Positions 11,427 through 26,955 are shown, counted from the stretch's first letter. The stretch is DNA of 64,000 nt from Gnetum montanum (GCA_015680685.1 MNCI01001349.1:2600-66599); one strand, 5' to 3'. A program made the numbers and translations. The notes: generated from the sequence alone by a model not told the origin.

Positions 11427-13639
11427 TATAAATAGGGTTTACCCCTGGTAAACTTGTTATTTTTGTTGTCAGAGTGCAGAGCCCACATCTGAGGTGTAGC
11501 ACGATTGTTCTGAGAGAGAGTGAAGTGGTATAGTGTAGTAGTTGATAGCATTTGTGAGTGAAGTAATGACACCTAAAAGCGAACACAAGCACCGAGGGCT
11601 CGCTAAGGTGGATGAAGTCAAGGACACTTTGGGATGCCTATTCTAGGCACACGTTGAAGTGTAGGAGGAGACTCCATCTTCTCAATAAGTTTCTATGCCA
11701 CCTTTGTTGTTTAGACTCCAGCAATCGTTATTATTGGAATCTGCATCTTTTACCATTGTTTTGGTTACCATTTTGGCCGCTATGTTGTTGCTGTTGCTGG
11801 TTGGGCACCATGGCTGTACGGATGTTACGCTATAGCTACATGAAATATTGCCTTAACTACCATTGTTACAACTGCCTTGTTATGGGGGTTTGGGCGAGTC
11901 TGGATAGCTTAGTGCATGGTTAGTATAGCACACCATCCTCAGGAGCATTTTGCCATCTACGAGATTTGACAAGTGGGACACGTGTTTATCATAGTACAGC
12001 ATGAGTTATTTTGTACAGTCAAAGTATGGTTGGGATGGTTGTAGCATAGTGAACTCTTACTTGTCTACACTTTGTAATGTTTTTATTACAGTATGCCAGT
12101 ACGTCATAAGGTCTTTAGGTTTTTTGCATTGTTACTTTATTGAATCTGCAATACTGTTGTGTTGCTGAATCTACTTTTTTCTAAGTTTTCCACGTTTCCA
12201 TGCTTGTCATAGTGATGTGTTGAGCATCGTTGTATTTTGTTCATCTAGTAGTGTTCCTATGTGTCATGTGTTTGCATCTAGATGTTGTTACATTATGCAG
12301 GGCTTGATGCCTATGCTACACTACAAGTCTTGCGTTGCAACGTTGCCCATTATCTTTATTCTATTTTATTTTTTTTTCTAAAGAAATATTTATGATTTGG
12401 GGGGGTCATGCTATGCTATATGAAAAGAAAGTATCATGCTACACTACATGTAATCATAGGGTTATGCTACATTATGTGTAACCTTCACTCATACACAGTG
12501 CTAACGTTTGGTTCTTCATTGTGCAGGGTCATGTTGAAACCCATTTTGATTGTCCTAGAGATTGTGGGAGTCTTGTGCTACCTTAGCACACCAGTGGCCA
12601 ATGTCCCTCCTCCCCATGCACGTATGAAGCAGTAGGTGGTCTGGTTCCAGGAGGGTGCACAGGACTTCCTATAGTTCCTCCTCCAGCATTTTAGTGTGAT
12701 TATTTGGTCACAATTGTCAGCGGAGATAGCAACTGCAATCATAGAAACCCTTATCGCGTATACAACGAAGCGAGCCAATGTGCACTGTACTCAACACGCT
12801 CCTTGTGGAAATGTAGGTGTATGAACAAAGACCTTTGGAAATGGGTACATAGGCTTAAGAAGGAGAAGACCAACCTGACCACTAAGGTGGGAGATCTCCG
12901 ATCCAAGAACAAATTCCTGTTGGCTAGAGACACCAATGATGGTAGTTGGCACATGGCCATCATTAACTATGCAAGGTATTGGACGGTCATGTGGCGCAAC
13001 AATGAAGCCACTCATGAAATAATAGAACAGTGCATGCAAATGTACCTATTAGCCCAAAAGAACCAAGATTGGAAGGACTACAGTGCAAAATTTTATGAGT
13101 GGGGGCAGGCATAGAAAAACCATAAACATGTGTAAACTAGAACATGCCACCTACCGTAAACAATACCGGGATGCCTCTATCAAGTGACATACTTTCGAGG
13201 TATTTCTTGACATTATTGATGCATCTGGGGCTTACGACAGGTTCATGCAATAGGTGACAATGAGCGAATCTCTTGAAAGGAAAGTGACCTTTCCCACGAG
13301 TGAAACCACTACTGCCACCTTTTCTCTAGTACCGTTGAGATGGACATCCATAGAAAAGGAGAAATTTGTAGTAAGCACTAACTTGGGAGATAGGAATTGG
13401 GCCAATATAATAGAAGAGGAGATCTTGTGATGCCTCACAGTAGGCCTAGATCGGATACCCCCTGAAATAGATGCAGGGCCGTCTCGGGTTCATTACCTTT
13501 TGGCATAGTGATAGTTTATTTTATTCGAGTCTTTATTGTGATTTTAGCTAACTATTTCATTTTTCCTATGGTGCAAAATCGAGATGAAAATACAAGCCCT
13601 AATGAAGTAGGGGATGATGGAGCGGGCAAAGGGTCATAG
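11427..13639 (+). pseudogene. Antisense extra gene inside the PR-RT interval of element A
   Basis: TATAAATA 11427-11434; acceptor-like TTGTGCAG near 12526; ORF 12704-13114 aligns without gaps to a minus-strand frame at about 55750-56145 in element B. Confidence 0.75.
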
Positions 13640-13816
13640 CGTTGCGGCCGAACATTTTATTTGAATGTTCGCAAAGAATGTTACAAACATTATTGATTTA
13701 TGAAAGAAAAAATGGAATACGAAGAGATTTATTTTACTTTTTCTTATGTGTTGTATTTATTTTTATTTTATTTTATTCCATTTCTTTGCATTAAATTCAT
13801 TAGGAGCATCTCATTT

Positions 13817-13973
13817 TAGTTTTACGCCATTTCAGGCCGTAACAATAGTTTAAGACCATTTCGTGTTGATGCTAGTTTTAGGCCATTTCGAGCCATTGCT
13901 AGTTTTAGGCCATTTCAAGCCATTGGATGATGGTAAGGAAAAATTTTGCTAGTTTTAGGCCTTAGCAGGCCAT
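13817..13973 (-). repeat. Array of about 5 dyad motifs downstream of gag-PR (element A)
   Basis: Plus-strand TAGTTTTAGGCC-N6-(G/A)GCC units. Confidence 0.85.
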
Positions 13974-14139
13974 GTGTAATGTAAACAATGGATGTGATGT
14001 AAATGGTTTAAAGAATGAGTTAGACGCTTAGCGTAATCAAACGAAGATGAAGCCAAGAAAGAATAAAAGTATGATAAGCATTAGTTGTGTTGGAAGTTGT
14101 GGAGTAGCTACGCTACACAGGTAACGATTATTCTCATAG

Positions 14140-17100
14140 CTACTTCTTAACCCATCGTGGGCTTGGCAATGTGTAAGGATGAGGGGCTTTATTGCAGTAT
14201 TCTTCTAGGTTGTTAGGGTTTAGGGTTTATTGAAAAGCCAACTCGGCCCACATCGTTTCATTTTCTGAGTCATCATTTTGGGCTAGCTAATTTACCAAAC
14301 AAGTCAATTCAGTGGAGATGGGTGCTTCGTTCTTAGAGGTTATGACCTCTGAACCTTGCTCAATGTTAACATTGTTTATCGCTTGGGTAGTCACTTCATC
14401 ACCGTAAATCATCACCTCCCTGCCTACACAAGGTAGATGGATTTCTTGATGTATTGGTGAAGAGATGGCCCTGAGTCGGGTTAACCATGACCTCCCCAAG
14501 ATCAGGTTAAACCCAGGCATCTCTTCTACCACGATGAATGTTGCATTTGTGGGGAATTGGTCCCTTGCCACAAAGTTAATGTGGATAGTGCCTTTCACCA
14601 CTACCCACACTCCGTTGAATGACTTCAGACATGATGTTGTCATGGGTTTCATTTGATCCACCAAACATAGTTTTTCCACTATGGGGAACAGGATGACATT
14701 TGTAGTAGCCTTATCATCAACATGTACTCTTTGGATCTTATGTTGACTAACCCGAATTGTGATGAACAGGGGTGCTATCATCATCTAACCCTTTTCAGGG
14801 TCACCCTTAATGGACTCATCAAGGAACGTCAACTAAGATGGCTATGGTTCTTTAGGCATAGAAGGAAGCATAATTGCATGGATTTCTTTCTCCTCTTCCA
14901 GCATGTTTTCATCAATGGGTATGGACGTTAACATGCGAACCAAAGCCTTGCGATGTGTAGTAGAGGTCATTACCAAATCATATAGGCTCAAGGTTGTATT
15001 CTTTTGTTTCAAAGCCTGTTTAACCTAAGTAAGATAATTTGAAAGGTTTTGACCACTTTCTGGTTGTTTGCCACCCTTCTCCTTCTCCATTCATCCTAGA
15101 AAATGAATTTCTCAAGGAGGAGCGATTTCAGGTTTGGGGCAACCCTTTTGGACAAGGTGGCATTGATCGTGCATGCGTAGTGGTGTTAACTTTTAGTGAT
15201 GAGGGAGGCGTAAACATGGTGGATGAAAGGGGTAGGCTTGGAAAGACCTAGGATAGTACATTCCTTGGCTGTTTCATCTATTAAACTCTCTTCCTATTTC
15301 TTTGAATGGGAAGGCTATGATACCATTTTAGTTTGGTTCTATGTGTTAGGGGCAGTTGAGTGTTTTGGCCCCCTGATGATAAACGGTGTGTGTGGCATTA
15401 GTGTAGGTGGCGATGCCGTTTTGAATATGAAGGGTGTAGGGGCGAATGTCTGAGGATAAGCTTTGAGAACAAATGGTTGTTGTGACATATTTTTTTGCAG
15501 CCGTAGGTGTTGCTATGCCATGTTGAGATGCACAAATCACAAATGGCCACTGTGGCGATTGCGGATTACTATCTATGCCAATCATGCTGATAATGTACCA
15601 TACATTGTTAGCATTGAGGGGGTCCTTGTAAACATGCATGGATTTATTTTTAGGGCGGACGAGGTTGCTTTCTTCTAGAACCAACTTGCAATCATCCACT
15701 GGATGTCATCTTTTAAGGCTAGACAGTAATCTATGTCATGACCACAAAGCTGATGGTAGTCACAGAACCACTCTAGCCTAAAGTTCTTAGGAACTGGTGG
15801 CTCATTGGGCATAGCCAAGGAGGGGTTCATAAGGATCTCGTAGTACCATTGATGCCGTTTGGTTGCCTTCTCAGACATCCACATATGTTGGATGTACCTA
15901 CCCCACAACAATTTCTTCAGAAGTTCTGAAGGCGTGACAGGTAGAGGTGTGTATCTGGAATGATCTTTATGCTCGAAGTTGGGTTTAGATGGGGTTGATG
16001 CCTATGGTGCCGATGTGGAGGGTTGGGCAACGTTACTTGAGCTAGGTGCAGGGTTAGTTGCCATTGTGGCTACTTTCTTGTTATTTTTGTTGTTGTTGGG
16101 CTTTGCCTTGTTCACCACGGTGGTGACCATGGCTGTTGCAGCTTTCCCCTTCTCTTTGTCTTTTTTGGTATATGCATTCTTGTACTCAGCATAGGCTGGG
16201 TCTTTATTGGCCTCGGCCATGTCGTGGATGCTCTTTGTCTAGGCAAAATCTTGATTGAGAGAACGTGGTGCTAGGTAGTACAGCTTGGATTTGATGAAAT
16301 CATTTACTACCCCCTTGAATATGGTCAGCAAATGGGCCTCCGCGATAGGCTCACGGATCTCATTCAAGGTGATGCTCCACTGCTGTATAAACTTTTGTAC
16401 TAACTCCAGGGGGTCTTGCTTAACTCCCATTAACTGGTCCAGCATGACTTTGGACTTCAATTTATACTTGAAGAGGGTCACAAACTGGGTCAGGAGCTCC
16501 TCTAGTGTTGAGATGGAGATGCATGGGAGCGCGTGGTACTAGTCTAAAGATTTTTCCATCAAAGACATAGCGAAGACATGAATAATGGTGTGTGGCCACT
16601 ACTATAATAGCAAAGATTTAGATTGAAATGTGACCAAATGCATGTTAGGATCGCCCTCCCCATTGTACTTTGTGAAGTGGGGAAGTGGCATCCTTGGGGG
16701 TAACGTAAGCATAGGAACAATCGGACTGATGGGGTCGTCATGGTAGAAATCCATGACCTACACCATGTCAGAACCAGCAGCTTTAAGACACTTGATCTCT
16801 TCAGTAAGGGTCTGGATAAGTTGGAACACCTGATCTAGATTCAGAGATAGTGCAGCCTATTGCAAGGTTGTAGGGGAAACCATTGTTGCTGGTGCAGTAG
16901 GGATAATAGCCTGGCTCATAGGGGGTGTTGTTGGGGCATCCCCTATGAAAGGTGCTACTTGTGAGGTTCACCACCCAGTGGGTGTTGCTATTGGAGCAGC
17001 GGCTGCTGGTGGTGCGATAGTGTTAGTCATTTGCATGCCTGATGGGATGGGCCATAGTCCTGCACTTGGTTGTGACACCTACAGGACTTTGTATGCTTGG

Positions 17101-17940
17101 TGGCAAGGGTAATGTGGCATCTAGTGGGGCTATGAAGTAGGGAGCAAAGTGGCTAGGGTTGACCATGTGGTTGGGGCTGGCCCTGCCGCTATTGATGGAA
17201 CAGGTGTAGATGATGAAATAGCAGCAAAGACCCCATGCAGTTGTGAGGTAGACACAGTGTGTACATAGGGTAGCGTAGCCATGACTAGCACTTGATACAA
17301 ATATGGGACAGAATGAGGGAGGAGAGTGCCTGGGTATGAAACTGAGGGAGGAGCATATTGATACGTTGATGATGCCAGATGGCTACCCATGGCTAATGAA
17401 AACATAGATTGAGGTGGATTCATTATAGTCATAATAGAGGCAAACGCAAAAAGTGGGTTTGACCTAGAGACCATAGTGGGAGGGATGGTTGTAGGGTAAG
17501 TCTGGCCACCACCCTTAGATTGGGATTCCAGGACTTCCTACCCATTCTAGAATGCTTCATCGTAATGGGATGCCATGTCCCACTTCCTAGGCTTACTGAC
17601 TTACAACAGCTAATCTAAGATCCACTGATACGCTTCCGTTAGGGGGATGGCAACATCGGGGGTAGGGACAAACTCCCTCCTATTCTAATGAAGGAATTTG
17701 AAATTGCACTTGTGCTCGAGTTCTTGGCGATCCAAGGGTAGATTTTCCTAGATCTTTGCATAGATAAAGTTGTAATGCTTTGTGTCTTCTGCCAAGAACT
17801 CGGGTGACAAATGTTGAATCCTAAGGGACTGGTGTGGTGCTAGCACTAGGCTAGGTGGCCGCTCAGCACCCATGGTGCTTTGAGCCAAGAAAGGAGCCTC
17901 AAGGCTTGAGGTGGAAATAGCAGTTGTTGTCGGAATCATC
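14140..17940 (-). pseudogene. Tat A gag-protease
   Basis: Gag domain 16239-16481; knuckle CDYHQLCGHDIDYC (15675-15911); protease RVHVDDKATTNVI..FNLILGRSWL (14287-14784); boundaries approximate. Confidence 0.85.
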
Positions 17941-18160
17941 TTGCGTGGTAAAAGGGGAGTTCACAAACTAGAAACATAGAAATTGATGGTAGATGGAAGG
18001 CTTTTCATCCTGCCAGGTTCCAAAGGAACCATCGTTGTGACCATTCTACACCACACGATGCGTAAACAACCACAAAAGGGTGTGACGTTTACACTAGTGC
18101 ATGACGGGGTATAGAGAGCATGTAGGACTACTCGGAAGACATGGAAAAGACACCAAAAGG

Positions 18161-18177
18161 CCCTCCTTCTAGTGCCA
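18161..18177 (-). promoter_or_regulatory. PBS of element A (tRNA-Asn type)
   Basis: Minus strand TGGCACTAGAAGGAGGG, 5 nt after the LTR end ...GCTACA; complementary to the plant tRNA-Asn 3' end with one mismatch. Confidence 0.85.
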
Positions 18178-18182
18178 AAAAC

Positions 18183-20030
18183 TGTAGCGACTGAAAACGT
18201 TGATGGCTTGAACACGGAGAGGTTTTTGGGTGAACAATTTAACCTAGATCCGTGCGAGGGCTGTACTAGAGAGAAACGGAAGAGGGGCACCTTGAATGGT
18301 CTAGTCAATCAAATAGGAACTTAATCAGTGTATCTTAACCTTATGTAAATGTTTTTTTGGAAGTGAGACACGTGAGATAAATCGGTGATCAATAAATGCA
18401 AGACGGAGAAAGTAGTGCAAAATAATGATTATAGTAAGGAAATAGAAAAACAAACTCGGGTGAGAAAGTGCACCACCCCCAAGTCACAGATTTGATTCTT
18501 TGCTTTGTTTGAAAGGTGTACAACAGGTTATGCAATGCTGGAGAGATACTGCTTACACCAAACGGTATAGTCACAGTTCTTCTGTTTGTTAATCTATTTG
18601 CTAAGACGTCAGAATGCTTGACTCAAAAAAGGATGTTTGGAGCTAACCAAAGAACTCAAAGATAACTAGAATGCTCAAGAAAATGCCAACTATGCCTTCT
18701 GGAAGCCAACTTAAAATCCAACTACAGCACAAGCCAACTCTATTTGCCAAGAAGCCAATCAAGAAGCCAACCAGCCAACGTGAAAAGCCAACCTCTTGAG
18801 CATTGTTTGCTGGGGTATTTATAGGGCCAAGAGTAGGAGAGAAATGTGGTCTAGATGCCATGTGTCCTGGACCCCACAAAGTGCTAACATTTCTGTACCA
18901 TATAGGTGTGCAATGTTGGATGTGAACTTTGTTACACTATGACCATACCACCAGAACTACATGTGCCGAGATCTAGTGTGCTAATAGCACAAGCCAAAAT
19001 GGAGCTTATGCTCTAGGACTACATCTTCCTTACCTTTACAAGCAGGGTCAAGCATAGGAACAATATTTTGGGAGCTGACTAGGGGTATGCAAGATGAAGT
19101 AAAATTGCTGATTTTGCCGAGGAGATGCCAGTGTGAGGAAGATTATTGTCACCAAGTGCTAGAGTCACCCAAAGACGTCTTGATGCTTCCACACCAGTTT
19201 TGCATTATTGACACTATTGAACACATTAGTGTAGCGTAAGTAGCTACTTGCTATGCTGTGCTACACTATGTAGCATAGCATAGCGTAGCCACTGGTCTTA
19301 ACTAAAATTTGCATAGAAGTTGAAGAGCATTTGTTTGCAACTTTCGTCCTTCATGCCAAAGAGCTTTTGAACTCACTGAACTCATGTTTGAAACACTTTT
19401 GCTACTTTTGCATCGTTGCTACGCTATGTAGTGTAGCACAGCGTATCTTGCTTCTTCATTCAATCTGCCATTCTCTAGCAAGAAACTTTTCTTGAGGCCT
19501 AGGGACTAAGTGGGGCAGGGAGTTTTCGATGCTGAAGTCTTGTTAAAGTGTTGTTTTCTTATTGGAATCACTTAGTAAGATGGGCCTTTCTGCTCCTCTG
19601 CTATGCTACATAGCATAGCACCTTGCATTGACTAAATCATGACTTGTCTTTGGAATCACTTTGTCACTTCGCACTTGGACGCTTGAGTAGCTATCTTTCA
19701 AGGTTTGCTACGCTACATAGTGTAGCGTAGTGTAGCAGACTTCTTCACTAGAAAACTTGCCGAACTAGTTTGCTCATCTGAAACACTTTCGACAACTCAT
19801 AGCATAGTTTCTAGGTAGACTATCAACCAGGTCAATTGTCCAGTTGGGCAGGCCAAAGAGTCTAGTAGGCCTATTAGCTTTGGAGATAGAAAACTTGCTA
19901 GACTAGACAGTCCATCCTCAGTGCCTACATTTTCCTACTAAACTGTCATGATGCTACAATTGTGAAAGTCCTTGCCTAAATTCTGAGACTCTGCTAAAGC
20001 ATGATAGTCCTGAAATTTTATGGTGTTTCA
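18183..20030 (-). repeat. 5' LTR of element A
   Basis: Minus strand starts TGAAACACC (cf. TAAAACACC in B) and ends CTACA before the PBS; TATA near 18820; GCTAC/GTAGC palindromic clusters. Confidence 0.8.
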
Positions 20031-21721
20031 ACTAATTTTGGGTGTTAATTTTTTCATGTGGAATTTATGGATTTCAATGTAATTAACACATGTCCCTTAG
20101 AAAATTCAATAAGTTTAATTATAATTAATTTTAAGGTGTGATAAAGTGAATAGTAATATTAACACTAATCAAGTCGAAGACCTCAGTTCAAACATGGGCA
20201 TAGCCACTTGAAGAGGTTAGGCTTTCTCTAATTTACCAAACCTCCTAGGACCTTGCTTAGTGGGATGAGCACTGTAGCATCATCTCTCTCATCTAACAAT
20301 TCTCTCTAAACCTTGCTTAGTGGGATAAGCATTGTGGCTTTGGGTGATGATTCTTGTTATCTAAGAGAATGTTTTGAAGTACAATTTTGATAACAATTTG
20401 CAAAAGGTAAATGATAGTAAAAGTAGAATGCCAAAATCTATGTTTGCACACTAGGATTATTCATTTCAATGTACTCTTGTTTAATAGTCTTGTCTAAATG
20501 TTGCTCTCAATCATGTTTATTAGTTATATGGATTTTAATGTAAGATATGCTTCACTACTATTCTCCCCGTTAATAGAATGGTCAAAAAAAGAAAAGTCAT
20601 TTTGGGATGGGATGCCTACTTGACCAATCTTTAGCTAGGGCTAAGATGGTTTAAACTTTAAGAATGAGTGTTGACAATACAAGTTAATTCTTTAAGTATT
20701 AAGCTTGGAAGAAAAGTATTTCAATTTCGCTTTCAAGAGAGTAGAGTGTAGAATGTTCAAGCTGCACCTTTGTTTAATTGACTCTTACGAAAATAACTTT
20801 TTTTAGGGAAGACAACTTGAGGCTAATAGCATAACCCCTACCAACATAGTAGGGTAGGTGTGACCCATTAACGAAAAAGGTCCCATCACAAGACTATTTC
20901 ACTACTATTACACCCAAAAACAAATCACCCATAATTTAAACATAATAAAGGGAAAACTAGGATTTTATGAAATTAAGAAAATCACTCTTTCAAACATTGC
21001 AATACAAGTAATGCAAGCTACAAACGTAATAGCTTCATGGAAACAAAAAAACTTAACTACTTGTCACCTTCTCTATTGTTGAGTGAGAACGTTCAAAGAA
21101 AAGGATGCGGTCGGTATGGAACATTTAATAAGATGTGGGTCTGAATTAGGATTTGTATATAATTACATGGTTGACGCATCATACAGCAAAATCAAAAAGA
21201 AAGCAACGTTGGAAGAAGTAACCGCATCCACATTTCGGTGGTCGGTCGCACACGTCTCGTCCTGTGCTGTTGCTGTTGAGAGTTTGTATTTTCAGTTGGT
21301 GAGCAAAGCCCACAACCGTTGTTTCTCATTCTTTTTTATCAACATGAAGATGACATTTCCAAGAAACTGTTGGAAGATCTCACTATTCAATAGTAAAATA
21401 TCACAAGCCTGCCATCATTTCGGTACCCGGAGATCAAGGCGATAGTTTCTACCAGATCAAATAAAGAAATAAATCGATATTGCCTGCCATGAAGAGGCTC
21501 ATTTGACTTGGTCGAAACTGGGAATAATGGAGCCGCTTCTTTTGACACCCTCTTCTTTTTCGCCTGTGAAGACGTGGGTACGTAGCTTCTGTCCGTCACG
21601 CGCCAGTAGCAAATGAAAATACAATAGCAGCGCTTCTGGCCTTCTTCGTCAACCGAAACAGCAAAATGGAACAAGTCGGCACCCATATTAGTTAAAGGTC
21701 AGATTTGGCTGCCTACACAAC

Positions 21722-21987
21722 TTTACCCCAAATTTCCACCCTCACATTTAGGATTACAATGCCGTGTCATGACAGCTACCCTTTTGACCGAAATACAGAA
21801 GTGCATTGTAAAGCTATGTCTATACTAAAACTATAGATTATAAATTGTATAGTTTACCCCAAATTTCCACCCTCACATTTAGGATTACAATGCCGTGTCA
21901 TGACAGCTACCCTTTTGACCGAAATACAGAAGTGCATTGTAAAGCTATGTGTATACTAAAACTATAGATTATAAATTGTATAGTTTA
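21722..21987 (+). repeat. 131-bp tandem duplication in the peroxidase proximal promoter
   Basis: 21722-21852 and 21853-21983 differ at one position; TTTA microhomology at the junctions. Confidence 0.95.
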
Positions 21988-22013
21988 GTAGACGTGGAGT
22001 GGAGCGCTTTGCC

Positions 22014-22020
22014 TATAAAA
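22014..22020 (+). promoter_or_regulatory. TATA box of the peroxidase gene
   Basis: CCTATAAAA about 80 bp before the ATG, with ACGTGG just upstream. Confidence 0.7.
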
Positions 22021-22078
22021 GCTAGACCAGGGCACCTGTTTCAGTGCAAGCAATTCAAGAAAGTAAGGGAGCAAATAA

Positions 22079-23902
<1,824 letters not shown>

Positions 23903-25739
23903 GCTAAACTGAACTCAGTATTGTCCAGTCTCCACATCTGCTGCTCCCTTCATTTCGTTTGTTTACTGCAATTCAATTCAATTTCCGCGTTTAAAGGTCC
24001 CAGTCAACGTTTTATTGTTTTCTAACATTCGGTGAATCCATCATCGTCGGCGTGTCAACGGCATAGATTAGCATCAGTATAAAACGTAGCTAAAGCTTGC
24101 GTTTGGTCAAACAGATAGCTTACCATGTACGTTGTCTGTTTCTACGAACGTTCAAGTGTTGACTCTAGGGCTTGCTCCTTATTTCCATATTTTGGAAACT
24201 GGAAACTTTGCATTTTTCTACTGGACATAAAATAACCTATAAATTTTTCTTGTCAAATCATAAACATGGATATTAAATAAACTTGGACTTTCAAATGGTT
24301 TTAATTTGCCGAACTTATCGGCTACCACAGCATGCATTACGTGAGAGGGCGGGATGTTAATAAGCTTCACGGGATCATAATGAACTTTAACAATCGATAC
24401 GACTTAACTTGGAAAATTTTGGGCCTTCCTCCACTCTTAATAAATATTGACTTTTTTACCATTTAACCCTTGATGTATGAAAATAGAAAGTTCATTACAT
24501 TCAAAGACGTGTAAGCAATTATTATATTTTTATAAAAAATAAAAACAGATTATAAATGGACTAAAAACTAATAAGGTAGCAAAAGCAAATCATATAAGTT
24601 TTTTGGTGTAACATTAAAATGATGTCTCAAGTGGGCATCACAAAAAAAAAAACACATGTAATTCATCTTCAAGGGCTCTTGACATACACAACTTATATAT
24701 GCACTCTTTTTGGTAGAGTTGAATCCATCTTCCACTTTCATTTCTAAGATGATATGAACTTAAGCGAAGCATGTTGATACTTATTAAAATAGCATCTAAG
24801 AGATAGTGAGCTTCTACATCTGGTTTATTAGATATAATGTGATATAAATAAATTGTTTCTTGCCTTCTACATTAGACCACATATGTATTAAAACCTTCTA
24901 CTTGGCTAGTTGATGAATATGCTTAGGATTTTATTGCAAAATGAAATAAGATAAAGAAGTATGACAATTACACTAAAAGTGGTATGCTCATTCAAAGAAT
25001 GAGCTTATCCTTTGGCCTTTAACCTTTGTGTTCTTTTCTTTCCATGTTCTTTTTTTCTTCTTCTTCTTCTTCTTTTCTTTTTCTTTTAGTGCCTTTGTGC
25101 CTTGACTTCATGGGTTATTTGGGCAAGATGCATGCTAATCACCTTGGTTGATACATGCTTGGCTTGATGCATGCACTATTATGTGGTGAGGGTGATAAAA
25201 GCATGTCATTACTCATGGCTACTATATTGGCCTTTCTCTCAAAAGATATTCAATTTTTTTAACCATTGCATTCCTTGAAAATACCAACTATAGTCTCATA
25301 AATCCTCAAGAACTATTTTAGAAAATTTATCTTTCCTTGAGATATGCAACCTATGAGTGTTTGTAATGAATTATCACAAGGCTTTTTCTTTTAAAAGTAA
25401 TAAATCACATTCACATAATAACATTGAGTCAAGTGTTTGCATCTTGACTATTAACTCTTTTAGAAGAAAACTTTTTTATATCCTTTTAGTATCTTTCCAA
25501 AGTTTATCACTGACTTGAGGTCCCCAAACAACATATATATAGTGAAAAAACAATAGCATAATAACATTCCAATAATAACTGAACTCACAACTACTAACTC
25601 ATAAGACAATAAGCTGGTAAATAAGTATAGAACATAGTACAATGATTAAAAAGTTTTAGTAAGCAAGAAATGATTAAACTAAGTAGGATTTTTAAAAAGA
25701 TTTCTAAATTTCTCAAATTTTATTAAAATAAACTACCGA

Positions 25740-26000
25740 GCCTAGTGAGCAAAATAGCCTTGAGCTTAATTAACATTATTGAAATGAATTCTAATTTCAA
25801 GGTTTCTCTACTCTGTCTACAAAGTTATCCGTTACACAAAGTGCTTCACTATCATTTGTTAACCATTTATGATTTTTAATGGAGCTATCATTTTCTATGT
25901 GTTCTATAAGAGGTGATTTTAAAAATATATCATAGTATATATCTTTCAAGTGCTCTTTTAATCTAATAGTTCTACTAGTTTCACTAATATAATTACACAT
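25740..26000 (-). mobile_element. Penelope-like element GIY-YIG endonuclease remnant
   Basis: CNYISETSRTIRLKEHLKDI..KSPLIEH..H.W..L, then after a frameshift LEIRIHFNNVN*AQGY. This matches the PLE endonuclease pattern YIGETxR..R.KEH..SALAEH..E.IEI..H.NNFNRD.G. No RT recognised. Confidence 0.65.
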
Positions 26001-26955
26001 ATGTATGTAATGAAGAATTATGAATTATAAATGGAATGGATGTAAAATATGTAATGATTTTAACCATTCTTAAATAAGTGTTACAAGAACCAAACCTAGG
26101 ATTATTCAAAAATGAATTAAATCTTACCTGTAACTTGCTTTGGTTGTGATTTAGGATTGTATTTTACTTTAAGGTTTGAACTTAATATTTGTAAGTTAAA
26201 AATGTTAGTTCTTGGTGTTCTTTATAAATTTCTAGTGGATGAACCTATGATCATCAAGTTGAGATCTGATTCTTAGTTTCACCTTAACATTATATTTTTT
26301 TGGTGCATTACAAGTAAAATTGTAATGAGTATGCTAAATTAATTCATTATCATGTTTTCTTTAAATTTTATAAAGGAGCACAAATATTCATCTAATTTTA
26401 CTTTCAATAATGACATGTTAACCTAGTGGCAACATTCTTGATTTTAAAGCTCCAAGATATGAGGTTGATTCTGGTAGGCAATGCTGAGTTATATATCTTG
26501 GGGATACACTAGGGGCTAGTAGCACAACCTCTACAAGCATATAGATGTGATCCACTAAACAAAAGAGTCTCCTATAGGAGTTGCCCTTTTAGTACCAAAA
26601 AGAGTTGTTAATGTGCTCACATGTCCTACATGGTTTTTAGTGTATGTTAGCATCTTTTTTATATTTCCTAACTATGTTGGCTCCACAGAATTTGTCCAAG
26701 TTTACTTAATATCAAAAATATTGGTTGCATGCAAACTAGAAATTGAATTTCTATGTAAAAAGCCCTCTTTCACAATATCCATGATAGCACATGAAATCCT
26801 CTTGTAATGAAAAAACTAAAGAATTAGATAATGAATTGAATAAGTTTCCTACACACTACTAGAACGTATCAAACATTTATTTTGAGGAGCTTAATGAAAC
26901 CATGTTTTGATGTTTTAATTTTAAGATATGCATTTCACCTTGAAGAGTAGCTCAC

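Larger units (their letters stand above)
143..20030 (-). mobile_element. Tat-clade Ty3/gypsy LTR retrotransposon A (gag-PR // antisense gene // RT-RH-aRH-INT), decayed, interrupted by Athila-like element 1 and by the LTR at 1-142
   Basis: 5' LTR 18183-20030, tRNA-Asn PBS, gag with CHHC knuckle, protease, RT, RH, aRH and start of INT, all on the minus strand. Colinear with element B. Confidence 0.9.

Noticed and set aside
14213-14228. Two TTTAGGG telomere-like units
   Set aside because: Only two copies, inside the gag-PR tail coding frame; likely chance.
21083-21686. ORFs upstream of the peroxidase
   Set aside because: No recognisable motifs; more likely CpG-rich promoter sequence.
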